Shown here one piece after another: positions 28,639 to 35,443 of a stretch of DNA of 35,443 nt; positions within the stretch are counted from its first letter, which is position 1, and each line of letters begins with the position of its first letter. The notes below the pieces were generated by a model. That model was given only the letters and a program-made list of their open reading frames with translations. It was not told where the DNA came from and made no database searches. The DNA is taken from contig JAINCQ010000005.1 in the NCBI GenBank assembly GCA_036574205.1, positions 1 to 35,443 of the forward strand, read 5' to 3'. The position numbers were made by a program, and so were the translations under genes. Origin of the DNA: Elusimicrobiota bacterium (GTDB lineage Bacteria > Elusimicrobiota > Elusimicrobia > Elusimicrobiales > UBA9959).

Positions 28639-29310
28639 ATGCCGGAATCAACATGGATAAAAGACGAGAGCTCTATAACGTCAAAAAACGAATCTATTCA
28701 TAAATGGATTAAAGAGAACAGACAGGCGCTATGGTCCATAATAGCTATCATTGTTGCTACAATAATAATAGTCATAGTCATAATCTTAAATCTTTCCAAA
28801 AACAAGGAAACAGCTGAAAAATATCTTTTTCTGGCTCAACAATATTATGGTGCTGGAAAACCTGAGGAAGCTCTGGCTCAACTGGATATAATAGAAAAAA
28901 ATTTTTCAAACTATCCTGCTAAAGATTTCGCCATGTTTTTAAAAGGTGATATTTACTTTACATCTGGAAATTACGCAAAAGCTCTGGAAGAATATCAAAA
29001 AACATACTCCAATCTTTCAAACAAAGAGCTTCTGCCATTTGCTTTATATTCAATATCAAAAACATATCAGGCGCTTGGAGATTATAATAATGCCATCCCA
29101 AAGTTTAACGAGTTTATAAACACCTATCCCGACCATTATTTCACTCCAGAAGTATATCTTTCGCTTGCGATATCATATGAAAAAAAGGGGGAGAAAAACC
29201 TTGCAAAGGAAACATATCAGAAAATAATGATACTTTATCCTCAAACTCAATGGGAAGGGCTTGCTAAGGAAGCTTTAAAGAAATACGAAACAGGGAACAA
29301 ACCAAAATAG
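28639..29310 (+). CDS. Membrane-anchored TPR protein (YfgM/CpoB-like)
   Basis: Single TM then TPR repeats (FINTYPDH, IMILYPQT); AGGAGGG RBS before ATG 28639. Confidence 0.8.
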   Translation: MPESTWIKDESSITSKNESIHKWIKENRQALWSIIAIIVATIIIVIVIILNLSKNKETAEKYLFLAQQYYGAGKPEEALAQLDIIEKNFSNYPAKDFAMFLKGDIYFTSGNYAKALEEYQKTYSNLSNKELLPFALYSISKTYQALGDYNNAIPKFNEFINTYPDHYFTPEVYLSLAISYEKKGEKNLAKETYQKIMILYPQTQWEGLAKEALKKYETGNKPK

Positions 29311-29334
29311 CTGTTAAAATTTCGGCGTAAATCA

Positions 29335-30779
29335 ATGGAAACCATCACACTAACCGGCTCAACGGGATACATAGGGCTTAGACTTATTCCACGACTTCTG
29401 GAAAAAGGATATAAACTCAAATGTGTTGCAAGAGACCCTTCCTATCTGTTAAACAGGGAGTTTACTGATAAAATAGAAATAGTAAAAGCCGATTTTAAAA
29501 CCGAAGAAAACCTTGACCTTGCTTTCAAAGGTTCTAATTATGCGTATTATTTAATTCATTCAATGAGTGACTCTGAGAGATTTGAGGATATAGAAAAAAC
29601 CTGCGCTAATAATTTTGCTCGCTTTGCGAAAAGAAATAAAATTAAAAAAGTCGTTTATCTCGGTGGACTTTTTTAAAAAAACTGAAAAACTTTCCCGGCA
29701 TATGAAAACGCGGGCAGAGGTAGGCAACATATTAAGGGAAAGCGGATTAAACGTCGTTGAGTTAAGAGCAGGGATAATAATCGGTTCTGGCAGTATATCC
29801 TTTGAAATGATACGATACACTGCCGAACGTCTTCCTCTTATACCACACCCAAAAATGCTTGACTCATTATGCCAGCCGATAGGCATAAGAGATGTGCTTT
29901 CATATTTGATCCTTTCCCTTGAAAAAAAAGAAGCAGACGGTCAGATAATAGAAATAGGTGGACCTGATATATTAAGGTATATAGACATGATCAAAACCTA
30001 TATTAAAATTAAAGGTATAAAAAAAAATAATATTCCCCTGTCCAATAAATAATCCAAAAATCTGCGCAACTGTTATTTCATTATTATCTCCAATTCCATA
30101 TACAATATCTAAAAACCTACTTGAAAGTTTAGCAATTCAGGCTCATAAAACCCAGGACCTTGCTGAAAAAATATTTCCTGAAATAGCCCCTATTGATTAC
30201 ACCACTCAGGTTCATTACGCTTTAAGGAGAATAGTTGGAAACACTGTAGAAAGCATCTGGACAACCTCATATATACCACACTACATAAAACAAAAAAAAG
30301 TTTTAAGCGAATCTCAGGGGATAATAACACAAACATACTCCTCTGTCATAAATGCTTCTGAAGAGAAAATATTTAAACTTATAAAATCCATAGGTGGGGA
30401 AAACGGATATTACTTTGCAAACATTCTCTGGGATATAAGAGCATTTATAGATAAACTAATAGGCGGAATAAGAAAAAGAAATGGAAGAAGAGATCCTTTT
30501 AACGTCCACATTGGCGAAACAATTGATTTCTGGCGGGTTGAAAACATAAAAGAGAACTCATTGTTACTTTTAAGATCGGAGATGAAACTTCCGGGAAAAG
30601 GCTGGCTTAAATTTGACATAAAAAATTCAAATAATACAAACATTCTTAATATAACCGCATACTTTGAACCACGTGGCTTTTTAGGATATATATACTGGTA
30701 TCTTTGCTATCCAATACACCATTTTGTATTCAAAGGTCTTATTAAAAAAATCTCCGAACTTGCTACTAAAAACTCATAA
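29335..30779 (+). pseudogene. YbjT-like SDR/NAD(P)-binding + DUF2867 protein with two +1 homopolymer frameshifts
   Basis: TGSTGYIG; RAGIIIGSGSISFEM; IGGENGYY...DFWRVE...EMKLPGKGWL. Removing one T from run 29669-29674 and one A from run 30019-30027 gives one continuous ORF. Confidence 0.85.
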
Positions 30780-30812
30780 TTTATCATTTAATCTACCCCA
30801 CTCTTAAATAAC

Positions 30813-30842
30813 TTGACATTGCCCATTAAAATTTATTAAAAT
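30813..30842 (+). promoter_or_regulatory. Putative sigma-70 promoter of the porin gene
   Basis: TTGACA-18-TAAAAT; AGGAGG RBS at 30888-30893. Confidence 0.6.
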
Positions 30843-30898
30843 AGATTAAGATCGCTGGTTTAAAGCGGCAATATTATTAACCTGTTAAGGAGGGTTAA

Positions 30899-32122
30899 AT
30901 GAAAAAAATAATAGCAGCAGTGACGGCGATAGCAATTGTCTATTCAGTTGCAAATGCCGAATTGCTTAAAAACTTCAAATATGACGGCAAAATAGAAGTA
31001 AACGCATACACAACACAAAACTACTATGACCATAACTCTGATGGAAAAGACACAACAAGCGATGTTGACACAAGAGTCCAGCTAAATATGGGATTTGACT
31101 TAAACGAAGACGTAAGAGCAAACGTCTCCATAGTAAAAGCAAACAGACAGTATGGGGATGGTAGCGAACATTTAAATACGCTTCAAAATAACCTTTTTGT
31201 GGATCAGGCATATCTTGATATAAAAGGCGTCTTCGGAATAGACCATAAATTTGGAAGACAGTATTATGGCAATGAGGGCGACCTTGTAATATACTATGGA
31301 CCAAAAGGCTGGCCATATCAGTTTAATCTATCCGTACCAGGGGCAAATAATCTTGGTGTAACAGGAGTAGATGGCTGGACCGGCTATTACAAAAACGGAA
31401 AACTTGACCTTACAGCAGCTTTGTTCAAACTTTCTAATTCAAATACTGGCGTTGAAGATTTAGATAGCGATATAGCCGGTTTAGATGCAAAATATGCTCT
31501 TAACGATAATGTTACTCTGGGAGCATATATATATGAAAAGAAAGATTACAATGATACTTCACGTGATGACCTTACTGATGTAGTTGGTCTTAAAGCTTTT
31601 GGAAAATACAGCGGCTTTGACTACTACGCAGAATATGCAAAGAACTATGGAAAAGTTGGAACTGATAAACTTGAAGGTTCTGCATACCTTGCAAGATTAG
31701 GTTATGGAATGGATCTTGCCGGAAAGATTTATTTCTGTGGCGAATATGCCTCCCTTTCTGGTAATGATAGTCCAACAAAAGAGGAAGGATTTCAATCTAT
31801 AGCTGGTGACTATAGACCTGGAATAATCTGGGGTGGAGATATAACTACACAGACAAATGATTTCAAAACCTGGAATCTTGGTGTAAAATGGACACCTGAG
31901 AGCATAAATAAACTTACAGCAGGAGCAAAATACTATAACTTTACTGATGAAATAAACGGCGATGCTATTGGAAATGAATTAGACATCGCTCTCAATTGGA
32001 ATCATTCAGACAAACTTGGAATAACAGCTTACTATGCAATGTTTGACTATGATGAAGATATTCTTGGCTATGATGGTGATGCCACAAAAATGCTCGGCGC
32101 AGCTCTCAATGTAAAATTCTAA
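30899..32122 (+). CDS. Porin-like outer-membrane beta-barrel (alginate-export-like)
   Basis: Signal peptide ending ANA; VDQAYL, FGRQYYG, ASLSGND, GNELDI; terminal Phe. Confidence 0.8.
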   Translation: MKKIIAAVTAIAIVYSVANAELLKNFKYDGKIEVNAYTTQNYYDHNSDGKDTTSDVDTRVQLNMGFDLNEDVRANVSIVKANRQYGDGSEHLNTLQNNLFVDQAYLDIKGVFGIDHKFGRQYYGNEGDLVIYYGPKGWPYQFNLSVPGANNLGVTGVDGWTGYYKNGKLDLTAALFKLSNSNTGVEDLDSDIAGLDAKYALNDNVTLGAYIYEKKDYNDTSRDDLTDVVGLKAFGKYSGFDYYAEYAKNYGKVGTDKLEGSAYLARLGYGMDLAGKIYFCGEYASLSGNDSPTKEEGFQSIAGDYRPGIIWGGDITTQTNDFKTWNLGVKWTPESINKLTAGAKYYNFTDEINGDAIGNELDIALNWNHSDKLGITAYYAMFDYDEDILGYDGDATKMLGAALNVKF

Positions 32123-32142
32123 TAACAAACTATTAAAACCTC

Positions 32143-32180
32143 AAAAAGCCCGCTTTGCTATTATAGCAAGCGGGCTTTTT
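32143..32180 (+). terminator. Intrinsic terminator after the porin gene
   Basis: AAAAAGCCCGCTTTGCTA-TTA-TAGCAAGCGGGCTTTTT. Confidence 0.9.
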
Positions 32181-32193
32181 AATTAACCCTCAT

Positions 32194-32212
32194 GACAACC
32201 TCGCAGGTTGAC
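32194..32212. repeat. REP-like palindrome, copy 1
   Basis: GACAACCTCGCAGGTTGAC; stem CAACCT-CGC-AGGTTG. Confidence 0.8.
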
Positions 32213-32215
32213 CAC

Positions 32216-32244
32216 TTGAAATTTATTATTTTCTCTGCTAAAAT
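32216..32244 (+). promoter_or_regulatory. Putative RAYT promoter between the two REPs
   Basis: TTGAAA-17-TAAAAT with extended -10 TG. Confidence 0.6.
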
Positions 32245-32259
32245 ATAAAAAACCAATAA

Positions 32260-32278
32260 GACAACCTCGCAGGTTGAC
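32260..32278. repeat. REP-like palindrome, copy 2
   Basis: Exact 19-nt direct copy of 32194-32212, abutting the GGAGGG RBS. Confidence 0.8.
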
Positions 32279-32288
32279 TGGAGGGTTT

Positions 32289-32905
32289 ATGATTTTTCAT
32301 ATATTTAATAAAAGCATTGAAGGATATCAAATATTCAATGATGAAAATGACTATAAACGTTTTATATTAGCTTTAAGATATTACTCTTACAGCAAAAAGG
32401 AGACCTCCATTTCTTTTAGAAGTTTTATAAAAAAAAAGCTTATCAAGAAAAAACACCAATAAAATCAAAAAATATAGAATTATTATGCTACTGTATAATG
32501 CCCACTCATTTTCATATTCTCGTATCAGATGAACAAAATTATTCCTCAAAATATATTCAAAATGTTTTAGATAGTTACAGTAAATATTTTAATGCCAAAC
32601 ATAAAAGAAAAGGACCTTTATGGCAGTCAAGGTCAAAAAAATTATTGGTAGACAATGATAACTACTTTATTCATCTCACAAGATATATACATTTAAATCC
32701 AGTCACGGCATTTTTAGTTAATAGACCCGAAGAATGGAATTATTCTTCTTACAAGGAATATCTAAATGGAGAAGAAAATATATGTAAATTTATAAAATAT
32801 TTTCCAGAAAATTATGATTTTAAAGGAGAATATCATAGATTTGTTGAAGATAGGGCTGATTATCAAAAAAAATTGGCTGAAATTAAACATATTCTTATCG
32901 AGTGA
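32289..32905 (+). mobile_element. REP-associated tyrosine transposase (RAYT, Y1 HUH), split by a -1 frameshift at A9 32429-32437
   Basis: FHIFNK...IFNDENDYKRF, then in the -1 frame LLCYCIMPTHFH (HUH), GPLWQSR, RYIHLNPV (catalytic Tyr), WNYSSY. Confidence 0.88.
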
Positions 32906-32947
32906 TTTTAGTTTGGTAAATCAAAAGTTTTTTGTATAATTTAATTA

Positions 32948-34267
32948 ATGAAGAGATTTTTATTTTTATTTATATATATTTTCAGCTACCCAATGGTTTA
33001 TTGCGCAAAACTTGATATAACGGCTGAAAATTATTTTGCAATTAAATCATTTTCTAATCTAATAGACAAAAATAAAAATTATAATCTTTCATACTATAGC
33101 CAAAATTCAGAAATATCTTTTACTTTAAAAACCATCATGCTTGAAAAAACAGAAAATTCCTGGATGGATGTTTCTATCGGAATGAAATTTTTTTCAGTAG
33201 ATAATAGCTCAAAAGTAATTAATTCTTTTTATTTGAAAGAGTTAAGCGATTTTTATCAGGGGAAATCATCTATTTTTATACCTAATAAGGCATACATAAA
33301 AATACACAATTTTATAAAAGACAACATTATCGCCACTTTTGGCAAACAACCATATACTCTTTCTCATGGACTTGTTTTATCAGACAATGGGAAAGGTCTT
33401 GATGGCATTAAATTAGATTTCATAAATAAGATGTTTTTTGATACAATAGAGACATTTTACTTTAGAGTTAACAATTCTTTTACAAACATAAATGTTTCCG
33501 AAGATATCTATGGGTTAACCTTTAATAAATCATTTGGAGATGGGATATGGCAGATTTACGGGATTTCAAATAAAAACTATGGCAGAACACCTGATATTTC
33601 ATTTTATAGCGATAAAAACAATAAGTTTTTTTATGGTATATCATATTATCTTGATAAAAACAATATAAAATATTCATGTGAATTTGCTGTGGAAAAAGGG
33701 CATTCATATCTTAATAACAATAAGATATCCCATAATGCTTATGCTCTTTTTACATCCGCCCAGTGGCAGACAAGGCTCCCCACTTTAGGCAAAACAAACA
33801 CTAGATTTAATTATATTAAATCATCAGGAAATTCAGCATCTGTTTTTAAGGAAAATAGAGCATTTTATAGCCCTTTTTCCAGAAAATACAATGGATTTGA
33901 AAAATATGGGCTTGGAGAAATATATAAAGCCTCAACATACGATACAATTAAAACCTCAGATACCTTAAATGGCTTGCCTGATGGATTAAGCGGAATTAAT
34001 GCTATAAATATTGGCATAGACATCCCATATAAAAAAGGTATTTTATCGCTTGATTATTTTAATTATCAGGCTGCTCAATCATCTAACCCAAATAAATCTA
34101 TATTTCTTGGATATGAAACAGACATCAAATACACAATAAAGATGGGGGGAAAAACAAGTCTCTATATTCTTTATTCAATTTTTACCCCTAAATCAGCCAT
34201 AATACAGGAATTTAAGGAAATAGAATCAACAAAATTGTTTTCAATAAATATTCAAGCCTGGTTTTAA
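32948..34267 (+). CDS. Second porin-like (alginate-export-like) outer-membrane beta-barrel
   Basis: Signal peptide; KAYIKI, FGKQPY, LDGIKL, KSSGN, GYETDI; terminal WF. Confidence 0.7.
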   Translation: MKRFLFLFIYIFSYPMVYCAKLDITAENYFAIKSFSNLIDKNKNYNLSYYSQNSEISFTLKTIMLEKTENSWMDVSIGMKFFSVDNSSKVINSFYLKELSDFYQGKSSIFIPNKAYIKIHNFIKDNIIATFGKQPYTLSHGLVLSDNGKGLDGIKLDFINKMFFDTIETFYFRVNNSFTNINVSEDIYGLTFNKSFGDGIWQIYGISNKNYGRTPDISFYSDKNNKFFYGISYYLDKNNIKYSCEFAVEKGHSYLNNNKISHNAYALFTSAQWQTRLPTLGKTNTRFNYIKSSGNSASVFKENRAFYSPFSRKYNGFEKYGLGEIYKASTYDTIKTSDTLNGLPDGLSGINAINIGIDIPYKKGILSLDYFNYQAAQSSNPNKSIFLGYETDIKYTIKMGGKTSLYILYSIFTPKSAIIQEFKEIESTKLFSINIQAWF

Positions 34268-34445
34268 CAATAACTTTATATTAACTTAAAAATTAGTTTT
34301 TTTACTCTCTTTATTCTTTTGTTCAAGTGTTCAAGTATTTTTTTATGCATCTCCCCCATCAGAACTCAGAAAATTTTATTATACAACACCAAATTAATTC
34401 AACAAATTAATATTATTATTTAAACAATTATCAACATTTTATTAA

Positions 34446-34500
34446 CATATAAATATCATATAAGTCATATAATTGACATATAAATCTATATAAGATATAA
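34446..34500 (+). repeat. Phased CATATAA direct-repeat array
   Basis: Exact CATATAA at 34446, 34457, 34466 and 34477; variants TATATAA 34487 and GATATAA 34494. Confidence 0.75.
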
Positions 34501-34501
34501 T
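34473..34501 (+). promoter_or_regulatory. Perfect consensus sigma-70 promoter
   Basis: TTGACA 34473-34478, 17 nt, TATAAT 34496-34501. Confidence 0.85.
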
Positions 34502-34508
34502 TATGTAT

Positions 34509-34997
34509 ATGGATGTTAATAACTATAATAAATATAGAATCAAATTAAGATATCCCGATGGGCTTGAATTTGAGGTAGAAGGCACAAAAGAGTTTGTTGT
34601 TGAACAGAAGAACGAAATACTTTCGCTTGCCGGAAGGATAAAAGACGCCAAAAAGCGTGATAATATAAGCGAAACCATATCAAAAATAATAGATTTCAAG
34701 TCAAATATTCCATATATAAAAATCAGACTACCAGAACTTGATCAAGAAATGGCTTTTCTAATAATATTATGCGGATATAAACTATTACAAAATTTAAGCG
34801 AGGTTTCAGCCATATCTCTTTCAAAAGCATTAAAGCTATCAGGCTATAGTCCAAAAAGGCTTGATAGAATAGCCAGAGAATTAATAAAAGATAAAAGCAT
34901 AGATTCATACGGATCCAAAAGATCAAGATCATATTCCATAACCGAAAGAGGACTCACAAAAGCCGCAATAAAACTATTCAATATATCCGAAAAATAA
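34509..34997 (+). CDS. Hypothetical protein with probable C-terminal winged-helix domain
   Basis: RLDRIARELIKDKSIDSYGSKRSRSYSITERGL resembles a recognition helix plus wing. ATG 34509 preferred because ATG 34503 lies only 1 nt past the -10. Confidence 0.65.
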   Translation: MDVNNYNKYRIKLRYPDGLEFEVEGTKEFVVEQKNEILSLAGRIKDAKKRDNISETISKIIDFKSNIPYIKIRLPELDQEMAFLIILCGYKLLQNLSEVSAISLSKALKLSGYSPKRLDRIARELIKDKSIDSYGSKRSRSYSITERGLTKAAIKLFNISEK

Positions 34998-35155
34998 CAT
35001 AAAAATCACAAAAATAAGCAAAAATTAAATAAATTATTTATTTAGATTTGAAAAATAACAACAAAAAATGTTAATCAATTTAATTAATTATAAAACAAAG
35101 GAAATAATACCATTTTATTCTAAATATAACGCTGTTTTGGGTAGCCCTATATGTT

Positions 35156-35183
35156 ACTTACGATAAGATATATTATGTTAACT
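35156..35183 (+). other. dif site (XerC/XerD recombination site)
   Basis: ACTTACGATAA-GATATA-TTATGTTAACT: 11-6-11 layout with a canonical XerD arm TTATGTTAA, in an intergenic AT-rich tract. Confidence 0.85.
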
Positions 35184-35443
35184 TATTAACTTTTAAATAA
35201 AGTCTAAAAAAACTATAAAATATGTCAAGAAATATTAAAATATGTTTATAAAATAATTATAAAACAATAAAATTTAATATAATTTATAAATTTTTATTCT
35301 TAGCAACTAAAAAAGAAAATTGGGGGATAGAAGAAGGATAAAAAAAACGCAAAAAAACATCCAAAAATTTGCCAACTTTTTTTCTATTTTAAAAATCATA
35401 AAAAAACCCTGAAGAGAAATAAAGAGAAATAAGTTAAAATAAG

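Noticed and set aside
32194..32278. Mini CRISPR array
   Set aside because: Only two 19-nt repeats, the spacer is a promoter, there are no cas genes, and a RAYT is adjacent
34320..34336. TGTTCAAG tandem 8-mer
   Set aside because: Only two copies; no supportable function
34270..35443. Chromosomal oriC
   Set aside because: No perfect DnaA boxes, no dnaA/dnaN/gidA context, and a dif site is present

Overview
AT-rich bacterial chromosomal segment, mostly housekeeping, from a diderm (LptE, several C-terminal-Phe beta-barrels). The gene mix suggests Elusimicrobiota or a similar lineage; this is inference only. From left to right: the right end of an IS256-family element, a type IV pilin converging on prepilin peptidase pilD, a hairpin-rich spacer, tRNA-Leu(CAG) and smpB. 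Next is a minus-strand cluster (efp, HAD hydrolase, SpoVG-like secreted protein, subtilase with T9SS/FlgD-like tail, DUF192, pilB, CDP-alcohol phosphotransferase, beta-barrel), then mazG-nagZ-SSS transporter (frameshifted). A long plus-strand run follows: thyX, efflux-adaptor-like gene, His-less ChdC/Cld-like gene, glgC, GH57, phoH, ybeY, leuS, lptE, holA. After it come rpsT, a response regulator, tRNA-Phe, acyP, a sigma-70, apt, tRNA-Arg(CCT), a TPR protein and a doubly frameshifted ybjT. The window ends with two porin-like genes flanking a REP-RAYT module, a winged-helix-like orphan and a clear dif site. Best leads: (1) a dif-adjacent wHTH-like gene whose perfect consensus promoter is covered by phased CATATAA repeats; (2) an EF-P with Gln at the normally modified Lys/Arg tip; (3) a RAYT with a REP-bracketed promoter and an in-phase A-AAA-AAG -1 slippery site; (4) a signal-peptide tandem SpoVG-like protein in the pilB cluster; (5) a structured, apparently duplicated trailer element after tRNA-Leu; (6) an IS-made hybrid promoter in front of the pilin; (7) recurrent leaderless gene starts. 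All family calls come from motif recognition by eye; no searches were run.
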